This document shows, piece after piece, positions 27,920 to 36,699 of a stretch of DNA of 64,000 nucleotides (within the stretch, counting starts at the first letter, position 1; each line of letters opens with the position of its first letter). Below the pieces are notes generated by a model that saw only the letters and a program-made list of their open reading frames with translations, was not told the origin of the DNA and made no database searches. The DNA comes from an uncultured virus (IMG/VR IMGVR_UViG_2799112477_000001) (taxonomy: Duplodnaviria > Heunggongvirae > Uroviricota > Caudoviricetes). The stretch lies in the IMG/VR virus record IMGVR_UViG_2799112477_000001, one strand, 5' to 3'. The position numbers and the translations under genes were made by a program.

Positions 27920-29062
27920 TCAGCGTTTCATCGCGTTGAGATAGTCATCAAGACCCTTATAGGTCGGATCCCATTTCATGGTGGAGTGGGAGAGACCGAG
28001 CCTTCTTCCGCATCTCGGACACATGCCGTCCTTGATCTGATCGCGTTTGTCGGCACGAACTATAAGACTGCAGTGTGTGCACGTAGCGTTGAGTGTAGAG
28101 ACAAGCTTGTCTTTGGCTGCCTGAACGTGCTCGTTTGTGTCTGCATCCATGTCATAGGCGATACGAATCTTGCGAAGTCCCTTAGGAAGGAGAGTCTTGA
28201 ACGCGGTAGGAAGGTACTTCTGGGAATTTACTCCCGGAACAGACAGTACGGAATATCCTGAAAGGGCACATATTACATCTGCCTTCAGGGCGCCTTCTGT
28301 CAAAATAACTTCCGAGACACCGCGTGCACCGCGCCGGAAATGCACATATGCATGAGCCGGAGCGCCGCCTTCCTTATCTCTGCTTGAAAGAGAGATGTAC
28401 CTCGGCCCATCTGCGAGTTTCCTGTCAAGTCTGATCTGAAAACCCTGGATCTGACCTTTCGAGTTGCGCTGCGGTATAAGGATGCCCGACCCGGTGTACA
28501 ACATTGTCCACGAACCGTCTTTGTCCTTATAAAATCCCGGCACATTCTCAATGGTGCATCCCATTCTCAGCAGTTTTAAAGCTATCGCTTTCGGATCGGA
28601 AGGCATTGACCTGTATGCGAACTTTCGGATCTGCTCCTCTGACAGTCCTCTTGCCATCAAATCCCCGGCATGACGCTTGTGGAGATTTGTAAGAGATAAG
28701 AGAGCGCGGTATGTTGCGTCTCTTACGGCTAAAGGCGCCAGTTTCTCTTCCTCCACAGGTTGTGGGGGTTGTGGCTTCGAATCGGGGGTCTCCTGAGTAT
28801 AAGCGTCGCCGCTAAAGGCTCTATATGCGTCGCGGATATCTGAGATACCCATGAACAGCATATAGAGATCAAGCGGACCGCCCTGTGTGTGGATTTCTTT
28901 GTCTCCGCATTTATTACAGCGGAATACGTTTTTTCCGTAATTGAGGTTAAGCTTACGCTTTCCGTTACAGTTAGGACAATCCACATACAGGGAGTTCTTA
29001 TCTGCAGGAAGGCCAAGTCTCAGGGCCACATCAAACAGGGTGATTGTCTGATGTTCGCTCAT
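27920..29062 (-). CDS. Primase-like protein (Zn finger plus DUF3854/Toprim domain)
   Basis: CPNC..FRCNKC; ILTEGALKAD; IAYDMD; KGLDDYL. Confidence 0.8.
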   Translation of the reverse strand: MSEHQTITLFDVALRLGLPADKNSLYVDCPNCNGKRKLNLNYGKNVFRCNKCGDKEIHTQGGPLDLYMLFMGISDIRDAYRAFSGDAYTQETPDSKPQPPQPVEEEKLAPLAVRDATYRALLSLTNLHKRHAGDLMARGLSEEQIRKFAYRSMPSDPKAIALKLLRMGCTIENVPGFYKDKDGSWTMLYTGSGILIPQRNSKGQIQGFQIRLDRKLADGPRYISLSSRDKEGGAPAHAYVHFRRGARGVSEVILTEGALKADVICALSGYSVLSVPGVNSQKYLPTAFKTLLPKGLRKIRIAYDMDADTNEHVQAAKDKLVSTLNATCTHCSLIVRADKRDQIKDGMCPRCGRRLGLSHSTMKWDPTYKGLDDYLNAMKR

Positions 29063-29065
29063 GGA

Positions 29066-29860
29066 TTATGCCTCCTTTTTCTTCTGCTTCTTCATGTTGT
29101 CGATCTTCCGCTTTCTTTCCTTAAGATTCAGAAGGGCGTCGTTGTAACGCTTTTCTGTTTCAGCGAGTTCACTAAGATCCTTGATCCCGTAGTGCTTGAG
29201 CATATTCTCCTCCGAGTACTTTGCTTCAGCCATTCTGGTACGGAGTTCAGTGACCCTCTCTGCGACATCAGCGGAGACCTCCTGACGGTACTCACGGGTG
29301 CCTTTGTTCACATACTCGTGAACGATATCGCCGGTCTTTTCTTCGGCAATGGTCATGGCCTTGATGAAATCACCGGCAACACTTGTGCCGAATGAGATAC
29401 TCAGAACCTTGAACTTTGCGAATCTGAGAGTGTCCTTCAGAGTCTTCTCGGGTCCGAGATCAAGAGCATCTGCAACATCATTCTCATTGATCCTGAGAGT
29501 CGGGACAGTTCCCAATGCGCGGAATGCCGGTACGATATTCATCGCAGCTCTCTTGAGAGCGTCTGAGGCTGCTGCCTTTGGGCTGTCGCCTTCACCGGCG
29601 TCTTCACGGAAAAAGTCGACATCGTCTGTATGGACATGAATCCTGCAGATGCTGTAGAACGGCGTGTCTGCGGACTTCTTATCCATCGTGACTGTCTTAT
29701 CCCAGTTTCCTGCGCCATAGAGCTCGTCGAGATAGTTCCATGCAGTCTCCTTCTTGATATACGGGACGACTGTGAAACTCTTCCCGGACTTGGAGATGGA
29801 GTCTACTCTTATCTCCACTTCTTCAGGCTGGAGTGACCTGTTCTTCACGCTTGCTTTCAT
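29066..29860 (-). CDS. Rad52/Sak-like single-strand annealing protein
   Basis: VVPYI..LDELYGAGNW..REDAGEG..KAAASDALKRAA. Confidence 0.75.
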   Translation of the reverse strand: MKASVKNRSLQPEEVEIRVDSISKSGKSFTVVPYIKKETAWNYLDELYGAGNWDKTVTMDKKSADTPFYSICRIHVHTDDVDFFREDAGEGDSPKAAASDALKRAAMNIVPAFRALGTVPTLRINENDVADALDLGPEKTLKDTLRFAKFKVLSISFGTSVAGDFIKAMTIAEEKTGDIVHEYVNKGTREYRQEVSADVAERVTELRTRMAEAKYSEENMLKHYGIKDLSELAETEKRYNDALLNLKERKRKIDNMKKQKKKEA

Positions 29861-29953
29861 AGTGTTGTTTCCTTTCGTTTGATGATGTGAGTGCTTTCAA
29901 ATAAACAGAGGCGATGATGTCGCCTCTGTTATCTGACATATCGGGCAGGACGT

Positions 29954-30742
29954 TTAGAACTCGTCGAAGTATTCTTCGTCGAATTCATCAGGAAGGGCAA
30001 CGAATCCCGTGGATTCGAAGTCGTCTTCCTTTGGCTCTGGTGCCGCCTTAGGTGCCGGGGCTTCATCGGCTGCTGCCACAGCCTCAGGTTTCTTTCCTTT
30101 GAGGAAAGAAATGGCGTCCTCGTCTGCCGAAGGGATGACGTCCCAAGTGTAGACCGTCGTTCCGTCTGAGCGTTTGTAGCTTCCGGTGTCGACTCTTCCC
30201 TTGATAACGACTCCCTTGCCCTTTGTAAGATATCTGGCCAGCGCCTCGCCGCGCTTTCCGTACATCTTTACAGGGATGATGTCCGGGTTCTCCTTGTCCC
30301 ATGACTTATTGACAAATACGCGGAATTCCACGATAGCTGTCTGCGAGTCCTGGATATAGGTAGTTGTGGCATCAGCAGCAATGTTGCCTCTGATTACCGC
30401 TGTGGACATTCCGGCTGACCCGCCGTCTTCGATAAGCTGGAACCCCTTCGGGTCGGCTATCAGCACTTTGGTGTACTGTGTCTTGCCGTCCTTGTTCTTG
30501 TAGCTCCCTGTCTGGACTCTTCCGGTCACGGAGACAGTCTTGCCTGCCTTGAGGTAGTCATAGACGTTCTCGTTACCGTAAAGCTCTACCGGGAAGAAGT
30601 TGCTCTTCGGATCGTTGCCCGACTTGGTCTTCCTTCCGTAGTTCCAGACGAGAGTGAACTTGGCTACAGGTTTGCCCTTTGCGGTCAATCCAGTGTCAGC
30701 GTCCTTGACGATGCGTCCGATAATAGTGAAATAGTTGCTCAT
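29954..30742 (-). CDS. ssb: Single-stranded DNA-binding protein with two tandem OB folds
   Basis: Two SSB units (IIGRIVKD..GRVQTGSYKNKDG; IRGNIAAD..GRVDTGSYKRSDG) and acidic tail EEYFDEF. Confidence 0.85.
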   Translation of the reverse strand: MSNYFTIIGRIVKDADTGLTAKGKPVAKFTLVWNYGRKTKSGNDPKSNFFPVELYGNENVYDYLKAGKTVSVTGRVQTGSYKNKDGKTQYTKVLIADPKGFQLIEDGGSAGMSTAVIRGNIAADATTTYIQDSQTAIVEFRVFVNKSWDKENPDIIPVKMYGKRGEALARYLTKGKGVVIKGRVDTGSYKRSDGTTVYTWDVIPSADEDAISFLKGKKPEAVAAADEAPAPKAAPEPKEDDFESTGFVALPDEFDEEYFDEF

Positions 30743-30913
30743 GGTGTAACCTCCTTTAAATAAAAGAATGGTTTCACGTCACCGGCATGAAACCATCGCT
30801 TGCTTAAATAAAAAAAGCACCTGCCATGTCTGTGGACATACAGGTGCTCCATTATCAAAGCTGGGAATACGTTAATATGTTTATATTATATATACAAGTG
30901 CCGTCAAATACAA
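30743..30913 (-). promoter_or_regulatory. Conserved operon leader, copy A (promoter, terminator, hairpin, RBS)
   Basis: TTGTAT-17-TATAAT; ATATTAACGTATTCCCAGCTT; GGAGCACCTG..CAGGTGCTTTTTTT; ATGGTTTCA-(CGGTGAC loop)-TGAAACCAT; homologous to 43683-43855. Confidence 0.8.
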
Positions 30914-30922
30914 GCCGTTTCT

Positions 30923-31924
30923 CTACACATTCGCTTCTGCAAAAGCTCTGATAGCTGCCTTGTAGTACTCGGCACGTTCTTCAGTCGGAAGTTCTTTTAC
31001 TTCCTCTGGAACCGCGTCAAGGAACATTGCTTCGGTGACCGACTCTTTCTTGGCTTTCTTCTTCTTTGTGCGCGGGTTCAGCTTTCCTGCCAGAATGCTT
31101 TCGGCCGTCTCTCTTGTGAGTCCGCGGGCTGCAGCTTTCTTAAGCTTCTCCGCTTCCTTCAGAGATATCGCGATCTCTTTATCTGCTACGATATCTGTAA
31201 TGACCTCCTGATGCGAAGCACTTAGGTCTGCAAGGATGACGCCGGCTGTAACAGGCAATTTTCCTTCATCCACTTTGTCAAGAAGAGCAGGGGAGAGGTC
31301 GTTCAGCTTGAGATATCTTCTGACGTTCGAGTCAGAATCAGAGCTTTCCTCGGCAATCGCCTTTAACTCATCTGCCTGTCTCTTGCCCTGCCTTACGGCA
31401 GCTTCAAGGCGAACTTTGTAAGTTCTGGCTTTTTCGGAAGGGAGTATCGTTTCTCTTGCGATGTTTGTATCCGCCATGACGATATCTGCCATGTCATCAT
31501 CAAGGTCAAGTACGCGGCACGGAACTTCACTGAGGCCAAGCTTTTCGGCTGCGAAGCGGCGCCTGTGACCGGATATGATCTCATATTTCCCACCGTTAAG
31601 CTCTCGGACGATGATCGGGAGAAGTATCCCGTAGTCTCTGATGGAGTCTACAAGAATGTCCATGTCTTCATTGTCCAGGACTTTGTATGTGTGGTTATGG
31701 TAGGTGACGAGATCTTTAAGGGGAATGCTTCTGATATCTCCTTCGCCGGACCTGGCGATCTCTATTTCCTTCTTTGTTGGAGCTAATGTTCCCCCGAAGG
31801 GCGTATTGAGGATATTGACTGCACCATCTAACAGCCTGCTAAGTGCATCAGGATCATTGATTTGCTCTACCTGAGAGGAATCAACGACATTACTGAGGTC
31901 ATATTTTGGTTTTTTCTTTGCCAT
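30923..31924 (-). CDS. parB: ParB/Spo0J-family partition protein
   Basis: LVDSIRDYGILLPIIVR..YEIISGHRRRFAA. Confidence 0.92.
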   Translation of the reverse strand: MAKKKPKYDLSNVVDSSQVEQINDPDALSRLLDGAVNILNTPFGGTLAPTKKEIEIARSGEGDIRSIPLKDLVTYHNHTYKVLDNEDMDILVDSIRDYGILLPIIVRELNGGKYEIISGHRRRFAAEKLGLSEVPCRVLDLDDDMADIVMADTNIARETILPSEKARTYKVRLEAAVRQGKRQADELKAIAEESSDSDSNVRRYLKLNDLSPALLDKVDEGKLPVTAGVILADLSASHQEVITDIVADKEIAISLKEAEKLKKAAARGLTRETAESILAGKLNPRTKKKKAKKESVTEAMFLDAVPEEVKELPTEERAEYYKAAIRAFAEANV

Positions 31925-31927
31925 CGT

Positions 31928-32986
31928 TTATATCTCCTCTCTTTCAAGAAATTCATCACACAGCATACTGTAAGCGAGTCTTGTCGGACTGTTTTTCATG
32001 AAGTTCATCAGTGGCATTCCTGCAAGCTGTGCCTGGTTGACCACGGTGGATCTAGGTATCTGCGTGTTGAATATATACATGTTGCGCTCGATCAGCGGCT
32101 CAAACTGGCTCATTACTTCCTTTACAGCCGACCTGTTCTTCTCAACCATAGTATACACGAGGCCGGAGAACTCGAGTGGTGGATTTACCGTCGCCTGCAC
32201 CTTCTGCACTGTAGATACGAGATGGACGATTCCGGATACAGAATAAGGGTCAGGTGTTGCAGGAACCAGAACTCTGTCGGCCATGTTCAGTACGTTGAGT
32301 GTTGTGGCCGAGAGGGCAGGAGGGCAGTCCACCAGGATATAATCGTATTTATCGGTTATGCGTGAGAATATGCTGCGGAATATGGTCATGCCGTTATCTT
32401 TTTTCTTGAGGAGACCGACTTCTCCCATTCTTTCGTAAAAGGCGTTTTCAGACTGATGATATACGTCTACGATCTTTGCAAATCCTTCTACGTACTGCTC
32501 AGCACCCGCTTCCCTGACCTTCTCCTGAAGATTATCATAATCGTCGCGGTAGTTTTTCAGAAACGTTTCCGCAGGTGTAGGCATAGGCGTGATAGAGTAC
32601 AGGATCTCATCCATACTGGCCATTGCTACACTACCCGGGATGAGATCGACCCCGTAGTCGGTATGCACGATTACTCCGCTCAGGTCCTTTTTATATGGCC
32701 TGTCGTAGATTTCTGCACACAGAAGGGTATAGAGTGTTGCTTTGCATCTGCTTGGCATGACACCGAAGGATACTGACAGGTTTTCCTGCTGGTCCGCGTC
32801 GATCATAAGGACCTTCTTGCCTCTGGAATTAAGTTCTCTTGCGAGATTGGCAACTGCTTGTGTCTTTCCTGCGCCGGACTCATCACCTCTTTCCTTCAGT
32901 TCCATCGCAAGATTTGCGACTGTAGCGGTTTTTCCGACGCCGCCTTTCTGATTGAATATCGCTATTATTTTAGCTCTTCTTGACAT
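31928..32986 (-). CDS. parA: ParA/Soj-family ATPase
   Basis: NQKGGVGKT, IDADQQ, YDYILVDCPP. Confidence 0.92.
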   Translation of the reverse strand: MSRRAKIIAIFNQKGGVGKTATVANLAMELKERGDESGAGKTQAVANLARELNSRGKKVLMIDADQQENLSVSFGVMPSRCKATLYTLLCAEIYDRPYKKDLSGVIVHTDYGVDLIPGSVAMASMDEILYSITPMPTPAETFLKNYRDDYDNLQEKVREAGAEQYVEGFAKIVDVYHQSENAFYERMGEVGLLKKKDNGMTIFRSIFSRITDKYDYILVDCPPALSATTLNVLNMADRVLVPATPDPYSVSGIVHLVSTVQKVQATVNPPLEFSGLVYTMVEKNRSAVKEVMSQFEPLIERNMYIFNTQIPRSTVVNQAQLAGMPLMNFMKNSPTRLAYSMLCDEFLEREEI

Positions 32987-33143
32987 TTTTCTCGCTCCCT
33001 TCGTAATGATTCCTAAGAAACTCCTCGATGGCGACTTCTGTGGCGTTCGAGATGCTGCGCTTCTCTTCCTTGCAGAAGGCTAAGAGTGTTTCAAGCAGAA
33101 CCGGATCGATAGTCAATGACAGCTTCTTTTTCTTGTTTGACAT
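32970..33143 (-). CDS. Ribbon-helix-helix (CopG/Arc-like) regulator, 57 aa; not in the ORF track
   Basis: Translated by hand: MSNKKKKLSLTIDPVLLETLLAFCKEEKRSISNATEVAIEEFLRNHYEGSEKNVKKS; GGAGG RBS; overlaps the parA start. Confidence 0.8.
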   Translation of the reverse strand: MSNKKKKLSLTIDPVLLETLLAFCKEEKRSISNATEVAIEEFLRNHYEGSEKNVKKS

Positions 33144-33173
33144 ATTTTCCTCCGGATGTAATGAGTATCTTTG

Positions 33174-33238
33174 CGTATTAGATGCGTATTGATACGCTTT
33201 TTACGTATTGATTGTAGCACATACGGACTCTGCTACAA
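33174..33238 (-). promoter_or_regulatory. par operon promoter with CGTAT repeats/palindrome (operator or centromere candidate)
   Basis: TTGTAG-16-TACAAT with extended TG; CGTATT at 33174, 33185 and 33204; palindrome GCGTAT-TG-ATACGC at 33184-33197. Confidence 0.6.
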
Positions 33239-33368
33239 AGAGGTTCGGTACTTGAGAAAAAAATACTTTTCGGGCAGTTGTCCGAAGACTCTTTAAAACA
33301 TCGGGTGTATAATAAAAAATTTTCGAAAAAAAGAAAGCGCCGCACTATGGCGACGCTCTCCAGGTTCG

Positions 33369-33560
33369 TTAATTTGCGCATTCCTTCCATTTGCCGACCT
33401 TGCGGCCTTCTATGAACAGAAATCCTTCTGTATCGCCGTATGCGACACTCGGAACCATCTGCTGCTGCATCAGTTCCAGAAGGTACTGAGCTTTTGAGTA
33501 AGGTGTGCGCTGGCCGTCATCGGCCAGAAAGGTTGATGTATCTATCATGATCTTAAGCAT
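33369..33560 (-). CDS. Small hypothetical protein
   Basis: 63-aa ORF overlapping the recD2 stop; AAAGGAG RBS. Confidence 0.55.
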   Translation of the reverse strand: MLKIMIDTSTFLADDGQRTPYSKAQYLLELMQQQMVPSVAYGDTEGFLFIEGRKVGKWKECAN

Positions 33561-35376
33561 TACGGAGTCTCCTTTCGACTGTGTCTGCGAAATCGTCTAT
33601 AAGCTCTGCCAGACAGCTGATTCTTTCGTTGAAAGCCTCGCTGACGTCATCCGTGCCTGTAAGTATGACCTTTTCAAGGAGTTTCTTCTGTCCGACGCAT
33701 ATGCATTTCTTCTTGCTGCGGCTTATCGCAGTATAGATGATCTCCCGTGAAAGCATATTGGAGTGCTTTTCATCGAGGATGATGATACAAGTCGGATATT
33801 CCAGTCCCTGAGACTTGTGCACCGTCTGGACAAAAGCCGGTTCGATGAACGAAAGGTCGTCGCCATGCAGGACAATCTCTTTATCTCCGAATCTGCATAC
33901 CGCCGTATCCGGGTAGCACTTTACTGCGATGCCTGTTTCTCCGTTTACGAGACCGTCACGGTTTCTGAGAAACGTGATCTTGTCTCCAGTGTAAACTCTG
34001 CCGGATTCATTCTCGCAGTAGGTGAGTCCTTTTACATCTGTCAGTACTTTTCTGAGCTTGCTGTTCAGCTTGTTGACACCTGTTTCAGTGCTTCTTCTGT
34101 ACGGAGTAAGCACTACTACTGAATCGACGCCGTTTTTCTCTGCTTCCCTTCGGTAGAGATCAACGACCTGCCTGCAGATCGCTTTGGAAGAGCGCTCTTC
34201 TATGAATTCAAAACTGTCGTCTATATCCAGACCGGGATTCCCGGCCTGGATCTTGGCACAGTTGAATGCGATCGAATTGTCTCCCTGTCTGAAGATCTTG
34301 GTGAGCCTTGTCACCGGGACACTTTCAGACGCGATAAGCTCTGCAAGAACGTTGCCCGCTCCTACAGATGGAAGCTGAGCGACGTCACCCACGAATACGA
34401 TCGTTGAGCCTGAAGATATGCTCCTCATCAGGTCCCTGAAAAGATATGCGTCTATCATTGAAGCCTCATCGCAGATGATAAGGGTCTCAGACAGTGTGCA
34501 TTTCGATTCGGTGCTGACTCCCGGAATGATCTTCAGTGCTTTGTGGATCGTGGTAGCGGGGCAGCCTGTCGCGTCGGTCATCCTTCTGGCGGCCTGCCCG
34601 GTTGGTGCGATGCACCTCACCGTGGCTTTCGGGTCAAGATTTTTAAGAGCCTGTATAAGAACAAGCTCAGTCTGAGTCTTTCCTGTACCCGGTCCTCCTG
34701 TAAGAACAGACATCTTATTCTGAAGTATCATGAATACCGCATTTTTCTGTTCCTGCGACAGTATCTTCCCGGTCATTGCCATTGCCGAGTCGATTGCCTT
34801 GTATACAGGTTTTAATCGGCCGTACTTCAAAGGGGAGTTAAGCATCGATGCGGCTATTTCTGCAGCCTCCTTTTCGGCGGAATAAGCTCTTTTCGTTGCC
34901 AGATATATCTGATCGCCTATGCGGTTCACGGATATTTTTCCGGCAAGGGAAAGATGCTTTATGCATTTGTCGAGAAGAGGCTGGTCTATAGTGTCTTCTT
35001 CAAATCCGAGTAGGGATTCAAGAAAGTCATATATCCGGCTTTTCGCGATGCAGGTGCTCCCTGCGTTGTGCGCGATCATCTCATCGAATGCGTTCCTGTT
35101 GTCTTCAGCGCTCCTGGCTGCTCCGCTTTCGCAGGTGCTCAGCGTGTAGAGCAGCGCATAGGCGATCCTCGAAGGACATAGTGCATTGACCTTTGTCTTT
35201 GCAAGAACATAGCTGTCTATCACTGAAAAATCTGCGTCCTGTTCCAGCGTTAGCTGATAAGGGCAGAGCCTCAGGATATCGAGGGATCCATACAGGCCGT
35301 ACTTGTCGATCATGCTTTCGCATTCAGTCTCCGTGAGGCCGAATGGAGCCAAAGCTCTGTATAAATCGTTATCCAT
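33553..35376 (-). CDS. recD2: RecD2-like SF1B helicase
   Basis: TGGPGTGKT, APTGQAA, DEASM, GDVAQLPSVGAG, TVHKSQGLEY, YTAISR. Confidence 0.9.
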   Translation of the reverse strand: MDNDLYRALAPFGLTETECESMIDKYGLYGSLDILRLCPYQLTLEQDADFSVIDSYVLAKTKVNALCPSRIAYALLYTLSTCESGAARSAEDNRNAFDEMIAHNAGSTCIAKSRIYDFLESLLGFEEDTIDQPLLDKCIKHLSLAGKISVNRIGDQIYLATKRAYSAEKEAAEIAASMLNSPLKYGRLKPVYKAIDSAMAMTGKILSQEQKNAVFMILQNKMSVLTGGPGTGKTQTELVLIQALKNLDPKATVRCIAPTGQAARRMTDATGCPATTIHKALKIIPGVSTESKCTLSETLIICDEASMIDAYLFRDLMRSISSGSTIVFVGDVAQLPSVGAGNVLAELIASESVPVTRLTKIFRQGDNSIAFNCAKIQAGNPGLDIDDSFEFIEERSSKAICRQVVDLYRREAEKNGVDSVVVLTPYRRSTETGVNKLNSKLRKVLTDVKGLTYCENESGRVYTGDKITFLRNRDGLVNGETGIAVKCYPDTAVCRFGDKEIVLHGDDLSFIEPAFVQTVHKSQGLEYPTCIIILDEKHSNMLSREIIYTAISRSKKKCICVGQKKLLEKVILTGTDDVSEAFNERISCLAELIDDFADTVERRLRNA

Positions 35377-35435
35377 TTGTGTTGTTTCCTTTCCCGGAGC
35401 AGGGGAGAGTTAAGATCTCCCTCTGTCCGATCCAT

Positions 35436-36638
35436 CTAAACTGCTTCTTCTGGGGCTTCCTCTTTTGAGGTGTACTTGAAATCGCAGCGGAGGGTCGGTT
35501 TGAGATTGCTGATCTCCTCCCAAAGCTCCGGATAATCTTCCGCTACTTTCTGCTTGACATCTTTGTCAAGGCTGAAGCTGCGTACTACGTCGATCTGGTA
35601 GATCGCTCTTGACGTCTCAATGATTCCGCCTGGCGCATTGCCGATGTGCGGAAGAAGGGAAGAGCGAAGCTTCTTTTCTTCTGCCTCGATCTGGCGGATG
35701 AGCTTAGTGGAATCCTTGATGTCGTCGTTCAGAGCGTCCTTGTCCTTTGCGAGCTTTTCAAGTTTGTTCAGGGTGCCGAGGGCTTTGCGCGGAAGCTTTA
35801 CATAGCCGAGCGTGTCGTCGACAGTCCTGTAAACATGGGCGGCCTCGTCAGGAAGGAGGACCTCATCGTACTCGATCCCCGCTGCTGTCTCTGCAACGAA
35901 TCTTGCACAGTCCTCAAGTATCTTGATGGCACGTTCTTCATCGCGTGCAACGTGGAGGTAGACAAAGTCTTCTGCGCTGTCAGCGTGCTTGCTGTGAGCA
36001 AGAACGTAGCAGTCATCGATTCCGAGGACCTGCATGTAGGCCTGCACCTGATCCTGATAGTCTTCAGGTACGTACCCGGCACTGAATTCATCTTTCCATG
36101 TAGCAGCGCTCTTGTGCGAGGATTTGACCTCTGCCAGAGCAACGATTTTTCTGGTCTTTCTGTCTCTCAGAAATCCATCGGGATGAGCGAGGAATGTCGG
36201 CCAGTTTGTGTTGATATATCCGTAGTCACACGGTTCATAAACAACATCTATGCCGTTTCTTCTCATCTTGCCTGCGCAGAACCTTCCGATGTCGGTCTCG
36301 AAGATGTGGCCGTAATCGTAGATGAACTGCTGGCTCGGAAGGGTGGCTTTTTCGACATGCCCGAGCTTCTCAAGCTGAAGAAACCTTCTGGTCTTGAAGC
36401 TGCTGTGTCCCTCGATGATCCCTGCGTCAGATCCACCCGTGAAGAACGGTATCATATCGCTGTATTCAGCGAGAAACGCTTCTCCTTCCGGGGTGTTGAA
36501 CTTGCCTTTTCTGAATTCGTTTCCGAATGTCGCGTCGAATTCTTCCTGTGTGAGGTATCCGCTGTCCAGGGCTTCTGCATAGCTGCTCATGTCCTGAACG
36601 ATTATGAGGTCGCTCCCAGTTATTGTTGTGTCCTTCAT
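35436..36638 (-). CDS. YqaJ/lambda-exonuclease-like recombination nuclease
   Basis: GGSDAG, YGHIFE, LAHPDG, AEVKS, YQDQVQAYM. Confidence 0.85.
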   Translation of the reverse strand: MKDTTITGSDLIIVQDMSSYAEALDSGYLTQEEFDATFGNEFRKGKFNTPEGEAFLAEYSDMIPFFTGGSDAGIIEGHSSFKTRRFLQLEKLGHVEKATLPSQQFIYDYGHIFETDIGRFCAGKMRRNGIDVVYEPCDYGYINTNWPTFLAHPDGFLRDRKTRKIVALAEVKSSHKSAATWKDEFSAGYVPEDYQDQVQAYMQVLGIDDCYVLAHSKHADSAEDFVYLHVARDEERAIKILEDCARFVAETAAGIEYDEVLLPDEAAHVYRTVDDTLGYVKLPRKALGTLNKLEKLAKDKDALNDDIKDSTKLIRQIEAEEKKLRSSLLPHIGNAPGGIIETSRAIYQIDVVRSFSLDKDVKQKVAEDYPELWEEISNLKPTLRCDFKYTSKEEAPEEAV

Positions 36639-36699
36639 AATAATTCCTTTCCGGCAGGGAAGGAGCCGTTGGGCCCCTCCTCGCCTGTGCTTGTTCCTG

